64,000 nt of DNA from Oikopleura dioica (lineage: Eukaryota; Animalia; Chordata). Numbering within the stretch: the first letter of the stretch is position 1; each line of letters opens with the position of its first letter. The notes beneath the pieces were generated by a model. It ran no database searches. It was not told where the DNA came from and saw nothing but the letters and a program-made list of their open reading frames with translations. The stretch covers positions 186,001 to 250,000 of the forward strand of contig OU015569.1 of assembly GCA_907165135.1 (NCBI GenBank). Reading direction: 5' to 3'. This document shows positions 1 through 12,476 of this stretch, in pieces. The translations under genes and the position numbers were made by a program.

Positions 1-3000
1 ACAGATTACGGAAACGCTCAACAACGACAAAAGCTTATTGGAAGCGGAGCTAGAACGACTCAGATCTGATGTACTCGATCTCAGACAAGAGTAAGTTTTT
101 ACCCACTTGATACCCTTAAGAATTCATCGAAAACCTATCTTCAAGGTTAAAATATCCAATTTTATGATAGTGATACCCTTATTTTATTTCGCCAAAGAAA
201 GTCGACTCTTTTAGCTTTCAAATAGGTAAATAAGGGTATCACTCTACTATTTTTTGCAGTAAATTTTTCTTAAATTTAGTACAAAAATAGAAGAGTGATA
301 CCCTTATTTTGTTTAACTATTTGAAAGCTAATAGAGTAAACTTTCTTTTGGCGAAATAAAATAAGGGTATCACTCTAGTATTAAAAATTATAGTATTATA
401 AATTTCGCTTGAATTATGAGATTATTCATCCCTACTCCTTTAGCAAAATCCTCTAAAACCCTTATTTTTTCAACAAAAATCGATACTTTGAATAATTTCC
501 ATGGATTTCAAAGGACCAGGAATTTGTACAGCTGTGTCTTGACAGGTTAAATTTGACAAAGTTCAGGATTGATAATGGGCACTGCTGGTTTTAAATAAAA
601 TGTCACATCACGTGTCCCCTGACAGGACCCGCTTGCGGTGACATTTTGATCAAATTACTTGGAGTCTCAAAGTAGAGGCCAGGGAAACCCCCACACCGGC
701 CCAATTTGATTTTTCCTTCTTTCTAAATTCAATTTTCATGAAAAAATTCACATTTCCGGCAAAAAAGAGCATGCTCTTTCGGGGAAGGGGTTATTGGATT
801 ACTGCTATTATTTATGGAAAAAACGTCTTAAATAATTGGCTCAAGAATGGAATTTGGGGTGGAAGTTTATTGTTCCTGGCTTGCTGGATTAAGGACCTCC
901 TCAAATTAAGAGAGACCTAGTGTTTCAATGATTATCGGCTTGCGAGCTTTTTGGCTGCCAGACACTAACTTAAGGGGGTAGAACATAGATAACGAGAAGC
1001 GCAATTTATTGTCCGGACGATTTTATCCCAAAGTTAGCAGAATGATACCCTTATTATTTCAAGGATTTTTCTCCACTAAAATGCAGAAAAAACTGTTTAT
1101 CGAGCCTTACCCCCTTAAAATTTCTATAAAAAATTTAAGTTTCGAACTTGCTTTTGTTCAAAAATTAACACACTGACACCCTTAATTTATTTCATCAAAA
1201 TATAGCTTAATCCCTCGCCAAGATCCTTCCTTCTCAAAAACGTCTATTATCGAGCCGTACCCCCTTAAAAATTATCTTTTCAGACACAACTCGGCGGTGG
1301 GCGAGCGGGAAGAACTGGAACGGGAGTTGCGCAATCTGCGGGAAAACGTAGACGAGTGCACCTTAACCCGCGTCGATCTGGAGAGGAAGCTGCTCACCCT
1401 CCGCGAGGAACTAGAATTTGAAAATATGGTGCACCAGGAGGCAAGTAACCAAAAGTCGTACGCTTTTCCGTATTCCAAATATTCGCCTTATCGCGCTTTG
1501 TTCTGGAGTAATCGCGCTCTTTAAAAATCCGAAAAGGTGGAAAACAGGGAGGAAGCACTTTGTGCAAAAATTGTGACACAGCGGAAGAGAGCCAGATCTT
1601 ATCGCCGCTCTCAAAGTATAAACCCACTTTCTTCCTCCTTCGCCAAAAATATAGCGCGTTTCTGTTGTCACAAAAGAGCCGCCTAACGTTGGAACATAAT
1701 AATTAACTAATTAATCAAAATTAATTTATATACAACTCTCTGCTTGTTTTTGGGATGACAATATAAGTCGAAAAACGATTTCTAGCGCTTTACGATCAAA
1801 ATTGTCAATCTGAATTAAGGGCTTCACCGTCATAAACTAGATTTTTGACTCAAAAGTCGACGAAGATTCTGAAAATCGAGAAGCCGCTTGCGACTTCGAG
1901 TCAAAAAACTGAAGCCGCGCGAAGCGCGGCTTTTGATTTTCAAAACTCGAAGCCGCAAGCGGCTTCTTGACTTTCAGAATCTTCGTCGACTTTTGAGTGA
2001 AAAATTTAGTTTAGGACGGTGAAGCCCTTAATTTAGGAGCTTTCTCAAAAAGGAATACTGGATGACTAAAAATTCGTTATGAAAATTTGCATGAACAAGC
2101 AAATTAGTAAAAAATCCAATGGATTATGCTTTTTGCATAATTATCAAACGCGTGGTTCTAGAAATAAGGGTCGAAAAGGGGGTTCATGGTTGTTTTTTCT
2201 ATTTCTTTGTTTCTAGGTGGTGAACGAGCTGAAGGCGCAGTTGGTGACGGACCACGTGCGGGTGCAAGTGGACACTCATGGACCGGACATGTCCGAATTG
2301 CTGCGCGACATCAGATCGCAGTACGAAAGCGCCGCCAAAAAGAACAGAGAAGAAGCCGAAGCCTGGTACAACTCAAAGGTATTTCCCCGAATATCGCTTT
2401 TCTTTCTTACTTTTTGAATTAGCTCAACGACCTCAACAACCAAGTGTCCCGCGACGCCAATCGGCTCAAAGAGTCGCAGTCCGAACTCACCGAATATCGA
2501 AACAATCTTTCTTCACTCACTGCGCAGATCGAGGCGCTCAGAAGCAACAAGGACTACCTGGAGCGACAGTTGGCCGATGTCGAGGATAGGTCAGTTTCAG
2601 ATATTTGTAAAAATCGACCAGACGATGGCGCTTTTCCGGGTTGTAAGCCACTCTGATTGGCTGTTGCAGAAAAAAGATTCAGAATCGAATCTGGGTTCGG
2701 CAACCTGTGTAGAAACCTGAGTCAGGGCTTAAAAAAATGGAGATGGTAGGTTTGGGGCTTTTTCTTGACCCTGACTCAGGTTTTTATACAGTTTGCCGAA
2801 CCCAGTTTTGATTTTAAATTTTTTTCCGCAACAGCCAATCAGAGTGACTTAAACCCCGAAAAAAGCGCCATCGTCTGGTCGTACTTTCGGGTCAGTTTTG
2901 AATTGATTTAAGGGGGTAGACATCACTATCTTGCGTTTTGAAAAATCAGCGTTTTTCATCACTCTTTTATCTTTGCGCAAATCCTTAAAAACATGTTCTA

Positions 3001-4319
3001 AAAAGAAAGAAACGAGCAGCAGTAGGTGATTGAGGGGCTGAGCAAAAAAAAAACGCGACACTTTCTCGCCAAAATGAAAGGCGATCTTTTCTGTGGGCGA
3101 TAAGACACGAAAAGCGTGAAATTTTAAAAATCACTTCTAATCTGCTCATCGCTTCAATCTCAAATCTTCGGCGCGCGAATCCGCAGATCGAAAGATGGAA
3201 AGACGCCGCAAATTATAGTTATTTCGCTGCTTCGATATTGAATTTCAAATACCAATTTCTCGAGAAAAAGAAAAACGTATTTTTGAGGCAATTTTTCATT
3301 CTCGTTTATCGCGCGTCACCGCTTTTCAATCGTTTTTTTTAATTATGATTTTAGATACCGCCGCGAGATCACTTCCTACCAAGAGCAGATCAGCAATATG
3401 ACGAACGCGCTGGACAAGACGAAGACGGAAATGACGGAACGACTGCACGAGTACCAAGAGCTTTTGGCGGTCAAATTGGCGCTAGACTTCGAAATCAACA
3501 TTCACCGAAAACTCCTCGAAGGCGAAGAATCCCGACTTGCCCATGTAAGTAACGAAAGATTTTGAATTTTAACAAAGTATATTTTCAAATGATTTAAAAA
3601 ACAGATATTCTTACAGTAAGGTACGAGCAGATTTTTTCACCTTTCGACCGCGGTCAATTTCCACGTGACTTTTGTGCTTCTCATTTTATATTTTGGTGCA
3701 TTTCCAATTTTCGAACTCTTATTTATTCGAAAACGGATCCAAAAGAGGGCGCTACGTTCGCTTGCTTCTCAGCGGGATATTGAGGGTAGATTCGTTATCA
3801 AGCTACTAATCAAGATTTAAAATTTTTCGTAGAAAAACGATTCTGTAATAAAAGAATTTTTCATTGTATTATTATTTATTCACAGTTATTTTTAGACGAA
3901 TTCTTCTACTGATCGGTTCTAATGATTCGGTCTCATTTTATCGTACCAATAATTTTTCAATTCGGACATATCAAGCATTTTGAAAAATAAGAATTTGCTG
4001 AATCATTTTATCGTTTGATTTTTCATTTCTTTCTGTCTTCTATTTATTCACAATTCGTCCAGGTGATGGCGCTTTTTCAACGCTTTTCGCCATCTTGATT
4101 GGCTGTTAAATGCCCTATCTATCTACCGATCTACCTTGCCTTGTCTCTCTTTGCTAACAGCTGTTTTAGTCTTCCGACCGCGACGCTCACATGTCTGGCC
4201 CCGTTTCTATGCGATACTCGGAAGACCACGATTCGCGCTCTCGAATCTCCAGCTACTTAGTAAGTTCTCAACCCTTTCTTCAAAGTCTAACGCCTTTTTT
4301 TCAGTCACGTGATTACTAA
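1..4319 (+). CDS. Cytoplasmic intermediate filament protein, 5'-partial (coil 1b, linker, coil 2, short tail)
   Basis: Exons <1-90, 1284-1440, 2217-2378, 2423-2589, 3355-3544, plus probable tail exons 4170-4259 and 4305-4319, splice in frame. The rod end [30 protein letters not shown] matches the IF helix-termination consensus. Intron 1441-2216 is GC-AG. No lamin Ig tail seen. Tail exons are less certain. Confidence 0.9.
1819..2027. mobile_element. Kolobok-like MITE (TTAA|GGG...CCC|TTAA), representative of a very abundant group
   Basis: Near-perfect palindrome with TTAA flanks and a central triple-hairpin core. Short relatives at 12525-12584 and 17858-17913. TAAGGG/CCCTTA termini recur throughout the window. 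Confidence 0.7.
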
Positions 4320-4659
4320 AATTGCGCGAATCGAGACTCCGCTCTTCCGAATTTCCGAGACCCTGCATCAGTGAGACAGTACTAACTCCGACTGTATCAA
4401 TCTGTTTTCCCTTTTTTGGACAACGACTGTGCCGTTCTGTACCTAACCTTATTCTGCCTCGAAAGCAGTCCAAAATCAACTAACCAAAAAACTGAGTGAA
4501 ATTCCCTTTTTTTCACACTGCTACAGATTCATTCAACCCTATACTAAAATAAATAAACTTAAACTAAACACAAAACAACAACTAAACATTTCTGGCTTTT
4601 TTGAAAGGCTAAAAAGTGTCGATAATTTCGCAATCGCATATTTTTCGCACTAAATTCAA

Positions 4660-4990
4660 AGATTGCGTTAGATTTTCGCATTTTCTTGTTTTCGCATTTT
4701 TCGATATTTTTCGCACTTTTTCGTTTTTTTTTCGCATTTTTCGCTATTTTTCGCACTTTTTCGTTTTTTTTCGGATTTTCGCAATTTTTTATTATTTGTA
4801 CTTTTCAAAATTTTGCTTCTTTCGAACTTTCGCTTTTCGAGAATTTTGCGAAAAATTCGCATTTCTTGTTTTCGCACTTTTCGCAATTCTGATCATTTTC
4901 CGCATTTTTTCAGTGCGAAAAATTCGAAAAATTCTATCTTCGTTCTTTGCAAGATTCGCTTTTCGAGAACTTTGCGAAAAATCGCCAAAA
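4660..4990. repeat. Degenerate TTTTCGCA-type minisatellite
   Basis: Repeated TTTTCGC(A) words; source of F/R/K-rich spurious ORFs. Confidence 0.8.
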
Positions 4991-5984
4991 TAAAAATTGG
5001 ATAAAGATGATTATTTTTTTAAAGAAAAAGCCTTGAAGAAAAATTCTGCGTAGTTTCATTCATGACTTGTTTTGATTCCAAGGTGGTCTTAAAAAAGCTC
5101 CTTCTTTTCTTCTTCCCCTGGCGACGGTAGCTAAAGGTAGGCAGTGCAAAGACCACAGTAGTCTGGCTGAGTCGAAAAGACGACTTTGAGTTTCGATTCT
5201 GGCGGCGGCGGGAGCGGGAGCGGCGGTTTAGAAAGTAGCTTACGCTGTTTTTGTAAATCGGTAGCTTTCGCCCTGCGCTGATGGAATTCGCGCGACCGCA
5301 CTAGAATGCTCTTACTGAAGAGGAGGAGCCAGGGCCAGCGTTCTTTCTTCGCTCACGTAATTGACCAACTCAATTTTGGCAAACCCTTTTTCGAGAAAAA
5401 AGACGAGATTTCTTCAGAAAAAAAATGAGTAGAAAACCTGAGTTACCCTGACTAAGGTTTTCTACACAGGTTGCCAAGCTCAGAGTATTTGAACTAGGCT
5501 CGACAACCTGTGCAAAAACCTGAGTCAGGGTTCAGAAAGACGGCTCGATTCTTAAATTAAACCTTTTTCAGGACCCTGACTCAGGTTTTCAACACAGGTT
5601 TCTGGGCTCCAACCAGACGGCGCTCAAGATCAAATCTCATCGTAATCCCTGTTATCCTTAATTAAACTCGCCCACCTTAACTTTTTTCTTTATCACTTTT
5701 GTTGACACGTCATTTTTCTTATCGCTAATGCTCACCTGCTGTTGCTGATGTGAATATACGTGTAAGAGAAAAATCACGGTTTTGAAAAATAGATTTTTCG
5801 AGGAAAAAAAAGAGAGAAAATGCTGTTTTTTTTTTTTCTTGAAATCGCATCGATTTCTCAAGCACTAGAATTATGCGTCTCGCTGCGAAATTCTTTCAAA
5901 ATAAGACGACTGCAATTTTCAGAATTCTTAGCAAAACATACATTTCCGACGCAATAATCGCCAGAAACTTGAAAAAGAACAGAA

Positions 5985-6170
5985 TTTAGCGAATAATAAA
6001 AAATTGCGAAAAAATTGAGAAAAATTGCGAAAAATTGCGAAAAAATTGCGAAAAAATTGCGAAAAAAATGCGAAAAATTGCGAAAAAAATGCGAAAAAAT
6101 TGCGAAAAATTGCGAAAAAAATGCGTAAAATGCGAAAATGCGAAAACAAAAATCGCGAAATTTGAAAGTT
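5985..6170. repeat. (GAAAAATTGC)n minisatellite
   Basis: About 10-11 bp unit repeated, in opposite orientation to the array at 4660-4990. Confidence 0.85.
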
Positions 6171-6504
6171 GCCTAGATTTTCGTTTGCAAGAAAAGGAAG
6201 ACACTCATTTTAGTTGGTTTTATCATGTACAGGTGCATCTTTATTCAGTTAAAAATCGCAGAGTTGATTGTATGTAAAAGTGTTCTTTGCATTTTTGAAA
6301 TTGTTAGAAAGGCATCTTTTTTTTCATTTTTGGTGGTTCGGCGAAATTGGTTAAAACGAAAGGAAAGGAAAGTGGAAGAGAAGGGTCATCGTTTTTTGGT
6401 TGGTTTGAACTGCACGAGTTTTTGACTCTCATAAATAAATCAGGGCTTTTGATTGAAAACTGCACGTTTTGAAAATCATCTTTTTAAAAGAAGACGGCGA
6501 CCTT

Positions 6505-9500
6505 GTTGCACGTGACCGACACTTTCGTCGAGTATTTCACTGGTTTTCCGTCGACGTCTTTGATCGTCTTTCGCACTGTCTTCAGTTCTTGGATTTGGCC
6601 GGGTCGGATCTAAAAATGGTTTATTGAAGGGATACCCTTAATTTTTTATTTTTTCAATTTTGAATTTGAAATTTTTCGAGCCAAAAATGATCAAAAATGT
6701 TTCGCTAATGCGAGAAAAAATTCCAGGCTTCTGATTCGCCCGAACTCTGTTTTGAGCATTTTGATTGGTCGAGAGATAATTTTTGAATTTTTCTTTACCT
6801 GGTCAATGTGTCCATAAAGCTCTGGATCGCCTTCATCCTTCAAGTTGATTTTGAGATCAGAAAGGTCGGAGTTGAGCAGATTGCTGTGCACCATCTTCGA
6901 TCCGGGAGTCGAAAGGGAGGAAGACGAGGAAGACGCGCGCAGTTCGCGTTTCAAGTTGGCGCACTCGGCCGACTTCGCCGCCAAAGCCTCGTCCTTTTCT
7001 CGAATCATCTTTCGCAGAAGTCTGTCGAACGCAGATAAGAATAATGTCTTTTCGCGGAAGGACGCACTCGCGCGAAATAAATCGGATACTCTTGGCGCAT
7101 TTTATCAAGCGCTTTTTTCAAGTGATCCAAGTGCGCCAAGCCATCGAAAAAAGCCGCACGCTATCTAATAAAATGATGCAGTTTCTACTCTAAAGACGTG
7201 GCTCATTACTAGACTACGGCGCTTTTTTAACCTTAGGCCGTCAAAAGGCCCAAAATTTGAAGCAAATGGTTTTGATTCAAATGGGGCTGGCGAACCTGTG
7301 TCAAAAAACCTGAGTCAGGACCCTGAGTCAGGCCCTGAGTAAAACCCTGAGTCAGGGTCCTGCGTTAGACCCTGAGTCAGGATCTTGAGTAAAACGCTGA
7401 GTCAGGATCCTGAGTCAGACCATTACTCAGGTTTTTAGACAGGTTGGCAAGCCCAGTTCGAATCAAAGCCGTTTGCTTCAAATTTTGAGCCTTCTGACGG
7501 CTTAGGGTTAAAAAATTAACAACCCCCTTTCGAAGATATTGAAAAAGGGGGTCCTTAAAATATCTTAGGTATGTAGAAATCGAAATGTTATCATTCCAGC
7601 GCGGCTGTCTTTTCTTTTCATTCGCGCCTTCCAAAAACCGCGTTTATTATTTTTATCCGATCCTAATGTCTTCACGTTTGTCCTCGAGCTGTCGACTGAG
7701 TCGTTCCGTCATTTCGTGTCCATTGCGAGTCGTTTTTCGCGACGAGTGAATTTCGCGAATGCGCAGCGGCGTCAAATATTTCGACGTGTCGAAGTCGGAG
7801 ACGATTCGAATGTCGCTCATTGAGCGCGCGCTTTTCAGATTCGAGTCTTGCGCGATTCCCCCCAATTCGGGAATTTCCGAAATGCTCGTTTGAGTTTTCG
7901 AGCTGATCAGTCTTGGAGCGGCGGCGGCGGCGGCGGTGTTAACCTGGCAGCCTTGATCGCGCGTGGGGACACGTGCTCGGCCCGAACTTACCTGTGGCTT
8001 GACGTAGACCTTTTTGATCCTCTCGCCGCTGTCCTCGTCTTCCGAGAGCTCCTCCATGCTCCCCTGCGAGTCGTTGAAAGAGTGCACCAATCTGCGCGGA
8101 GAGCGAAGAGGCGTCGAACTCGCGCAAGGAGAGTTCGAAGACGAAAGCAGCGAGGAAAACGACTGCGAGCGCCATTCCAAGCCGCTCTGGTCCAAACTCA
8201 TCATTGAGGAGCTTTGAAGCGAACGCTAAAGAGACTCGTTAGAGACGCACTAATTCGAGCGAAGGTTAAACAAAGCATGTGGAATGCTCAATTCTTAAGG
8301 CTCGGCAATCTGTGTAGAAAACCTGAGTCAGGGTCGCGAAAGCGCTGAATCTTGTTCTTTCAGTACCCTGACTCAGGTTTTCTACACAAGCTATTGGGCC
8401 GAGAGTATATTTGATCTACGCTCAGCAACCTGTGTAGAAACTCAGGCTTCTGAGAAAGATTCAATTTAAGAATTGAGCCGTCTTTCTGAACCCTGACTCA
8501 GGTTTTTGCACAGGGTGCCGAGCAGAGATCAAATATACTTTTGGCTCGGAAACTTGTGTAGAAAACCTGACTCAGGGCCTTGAAAGAACTCGTTCCAGCG
8601 TTTTCAGGACCCTGAGTCAGGTTTCTACACAGGTCTCCGATCCAAGCGGTTCCTTTACTTACTGTAAGCGATCGAAGGGACGAGCAATAGCCGCCATCTT
8701 CCGATTCGCAGTTGGATCCGCCGTCTTCTTGGCTGCTTCGCGACACCATTTGATTCTTGGAATGATTCTTTCGTCCACTGTAGCCGGAAAGCGAGTCGGA
8801 GGACTCACTCGAAAGGACGTTGGAGCTCTTCGAACTCTTGTGAAGCTTTTCTCGGCGCTTTCGGCGATCAGCTGCTTCGCGAAGACGAAGATTTTCTCGA
8901 CGAAGATCATCGTACGCGGCGGTGCGTCGCTCGAGCTGCTTTTGAAGGAAACTAGAAAAGAGGGACACGTCAATTTAGCTATTTGCAGATTACATCGTAC
9001 ATGACGACGATATCAATTTTGCATTTTCACCGCGAAAGAATCAGAAAACAACATTTTTGGGCAATTTTTTCGCAAAAAGAAAGACTATTTGTTACACAAC
9101 TTTTATTACAGTAAAATTATCCTGTGTCAAAAACCAGAATCAAGACCAAAATGACCTGAAATAAAAAGCCGCGTGATTATGATGATAATCTTCGCGAAGC
9201 CGCCTTGCGGCTTCGTTTTTAAAAAGCCGCTACGCGGCTTTTCTTTCAAGCTCTTCAGGACCCTGACTCATGTTTTCTACACAGGTTGCCGAGCCCAGTA
9301 ATGATGATTGGATCAATTTTGGACTCAAACTTTCGATTTGAATATAAATTGTGTTGATGATTATACGTTGACATTAAAATGCGTTGTTGATGTTACACCC
9401 TTAATCAGATTAAAAATCGTTGACTTACGCAAATTTCTCTGCGGTATCGGCCTCCGAGTCGCAGTTCTTGGCCGTTTCTTGGATGAATTTGCCGAGCTCC

Positions 9501-12476
9501 AATTCGGTGGCTAAGGAGTAGTTTTCGGATTTGACGCTCTCGAGCTCTTCGTTCTCACTCTTGCTCTTTGCGAGGAGGGACTTGAGCTTCTCGAGCTCCG
9601 TCTTGATCTTTTCCAGCTCCGACTTTTGGCGCGAAGAGGTCTTTTGCTCTTCCGAGAGGCTGTTTTTCAGCATCTGAAGTTGCTCCGCACTGCGTTTTTC
9701 TTCGTCTTCAAGCTAAAACAACCCTCAAGAAAAGAAGAAAAGGGCAAAATGACACGAGTTTATGCTAATAACTGGATTTGGAGTCAAATGATAAGATAAA
9801 AAATGACACTTCTGAAACACAAGATCTCATATCGCCAGTTTTTATTATAATAAGATCTCTATTTCGAATCTCAAGAGAAAAAACTGTTCTTTTTAACCCT
9901 GGGCTAAGAAACCTGTGTAAAAACCTGAGTCAGGGTCGTGAAAAGATTGAATTCAAGAATTGAGCCGTCTTTCTGAATCCTGACTCAGGTTTTCACACAG
10001 GTTGCCGAGCTTTGATCAAATATACTCAGGGCTCGGCAACCTGTGTAGAAAACCTGAGTCAGGGTCTCGCAAAAGCTAAAAAATAAAGCCGCTTTCGCAA
10101 GACCCTGACTCAGGATTCCTTTTCTACAAAGGCCAAAAATTAAGGATTTTAAGCAATCTTAGGTCAAAATTGGCCATTTTTGGGACACGTGAGCAATGAC
10201 CGGTTAAATCATTTGTTCCAAAAAGAAGTAAAGTGATTTTAATGGCGCCGAAGAGAAGATAGTTTAAAAAAGACAAAAGTAAGCAAGAGTGGCCGGATAA
10301 TTACCTGAGACTGTAATCCGCTCGACTTGAGCTCGAGTTCTTTGATCTGAAGCTGCGTCTTAGCGTTCTCGGCTGTTAATTCCTCCAGAGCCGACTTCTT
10401 CACCGCCAGTTCTTCTTCTACCGACACCACCTAAGTTCCGAGAATAATTATCAAGCTTCGATTAATTCCAAAATTCCAAAAAGGAGGGAGAATCTAATTC
10501 ATCTTTTTTCCTTAAAAACAGCCTAAAACTGGACTCAACCTGTGTTGAAACCTGAGTCAGGGTCCTGAGTCAGATAAAACAGCTTGAATAAAAAGCCGCG
10601 TTGCGGCTTAATTTTTAAAAGAAGCCGCAAAGCTACCATCTCAATCTATTCCTAAAATTCAAGCTCAGACCCTGAGTCAGGTTTCTACTCAGGTTGCCGA
10701 GGCCAGAAGGAAAGCCAAGTGATTATGGCATTACTGCAAAAGAGAGAATTATTGTGGAAACAAGCGGAGATTAGCAACTTTGTTTATTTGAATAATTTTT
10801 TAGAAATAAACGATCCGATAATAGCGGAACTGTTCTTTTTTCCATTTTGCTTGACCCAAAAACAAGAAATCTTTTTACCTTCTTGAGGAGCGAGTCGTAT
10901 TCGTTGCGGAACCACTGGATTTGGGAGTTCATGTCCTCGACTTCCGCCGTTTTTCTTCTGTTCTGGCTTCTAAAAGGGCTTCTGCTCGCTTTTGGTTCTG
11001 TTCGGCCAGGTATAATAGTTCTCGCAGTTGGGCACATTCTTGCTCGAGGCGGGAAACTTGCTGCTGGAGCGAGTCTGTCGTTCGGTTTGTCTGAAAAAAG
11101 AAGGCAAATTTATAAAAGAATTAAGGAGGTAGCCGTCCAAATCGATTTTTTCTTATGAAAATAAGGGTGTCACTATGATAAGCTGAGGTTTGCAAAGCCC
11201 AACTACTCGTAGTAGTGTATATTTATATTTTGAAGCGGCGAGGCATCCAAAAAGCCGCCGTCGAAAATTAATTCAATTTCGACTCTCGATTTTGGAATTT
11301 TATTTCAAAACTGCAAAATCAAATCTGCGTAGAAACACGTTTGCCTAGCTGCGCTTGAAAAAAGTGAGCGGCGGCGTAATTCCCGTTTTGAAATCAAACT
11401 TTCACTTTTGCGCGACTTTCTCACGCCGCGCTGTTTTCGTAATTATCGAAAGGAAAAACTTTACTACAAACGATTAGGAAAAGAGAGAGAGAGGGCGAGA
11501 AAATCGAATTAACCTTGAATTGAGAAGGAATTTTAGGAGAAATTGTTTAGTAATTCTAGCTCCTGTTAGAGCGTTGTTTTCATTCTCACTTTTCTCAGAA
11601 AATTAACGGAATGACACCCTTATTTTTTAGCTGTAAATTAAAACATTAAGATTAAGGAAGCTCTAAAGTTTATTTTAGTTGGATAAATTAAGGGGGTTAG
11701 TGTGATAGATTGATGAGAAATGACTGTACAAAAGATCATGTTTTTCGCGGTCGACTCCCTTAATTTCGTTTTCCAAAGCAAACTACAGGGGTCAATATTT
11801 TTTATTAAAATTTTTCCTTTTAGATTATCATGAGAACACCCTTATTTTTCCGCCTGAAAACAAGCATTTCTTAATATTTCAAAACATTTGTTGGATAAAA
11901 AAAGGATGTCTCCAAGATAAATCAAGGAGAAAAAATTTCACTGAGATTTAATTGATACAAATGGGTTTGTGACTGTACCTTTGTCTGTTCTTCAAGCTCA
12001 ACCACGAGTCTGTCGATATCCTGTTGCATTTCGGCTCTGATTTCTTCCGAGTCAACGCAGTGCTCGTCGATGAAACGCACGTGCGCCGCCACTTGTTTTT
12101 GGAGATTGATGATCTACGAAAGCGTCTAATTACAAAAAGCAGCTCCAAAAAGAGTCAATTACCTGGTTGTGGAGATCGTCGACCTCCGCGTGGTGGATCT
12201 CCTGCAGATCGGTCGTCTGCTTGATTCCGTTTTCGATGACTTTTTCGAGCATCGAAATTTGCTCCTCCAATTTGAGCCGCTCGAATTCGACCTTTTCTTT
12301 CTCAAAGGCGTGTTCGTTGTTGAACTGCTTCATCGCCTGCAGCAGCTCCGGGTAGCCCTGGATCGTTTCCATGATCTGTGATTGCAGCTCTTCGCAGTTG
12401 TCTACGTCCTCCATCGTTTCCAGCTGCGCCAGAAGGGATTGGATCTCATCTTCTGTCGGATCCTTCGGAAGACTTT
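6505..12476 (-). CDS. Large multi-exon coiled-coil protein of unknown family (ends not resolved; probably extends to about 5050 and upstream of 12476)
   Basis: Phase-compatible exons at 12163-12476, 11979-12113, 10879-11090, ~10305-10430, ~9429-9712, ~8662-8951, ~7660-8210, ~7099-7158, ~6799-7032 and ~6505-6610. They encode E/K/L/Q-rich heptads followed by Ser-rich segments. One frameshift at T5 run 10950-10954 must be corrected. Confidence 0.65.
7231..7507. mobile_element. piggyBac-like palindromic MITE carrying a CCTGAGTCAGG array
   Basis: TTAA-flanked, about 65 bp inverted arms starting CCTTAG/CCCTAAG. The centre is an A-family element with about seven tandem CCTGAGTCAGG-like units. Confidence 0.7.

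Noticed and set aside
100-460. TAAGGG/CCCTTA as interstitial telomeric (TTAGGG) sequence
   Set aside because: Never in tandem arrays. It always forms the end of paired inverted repeats with family-specific continuation.
4559-6277. F/R/K-rich ORFs on both strands (also 33958-34188, 35401-35802, 49571-50009, 59470-59676)
   Set aside because: They are translations of minisatellites and foldback subrepeats.
7300-10130. CRISPR-like appearance of palindromic CCTGAGTCAGG repeats with variable spacers
   Set aside because: Spliced eukaryotic context, no cas genes, and irregular spacing. The repeats come in inverted pairs, i.e. TIRs.
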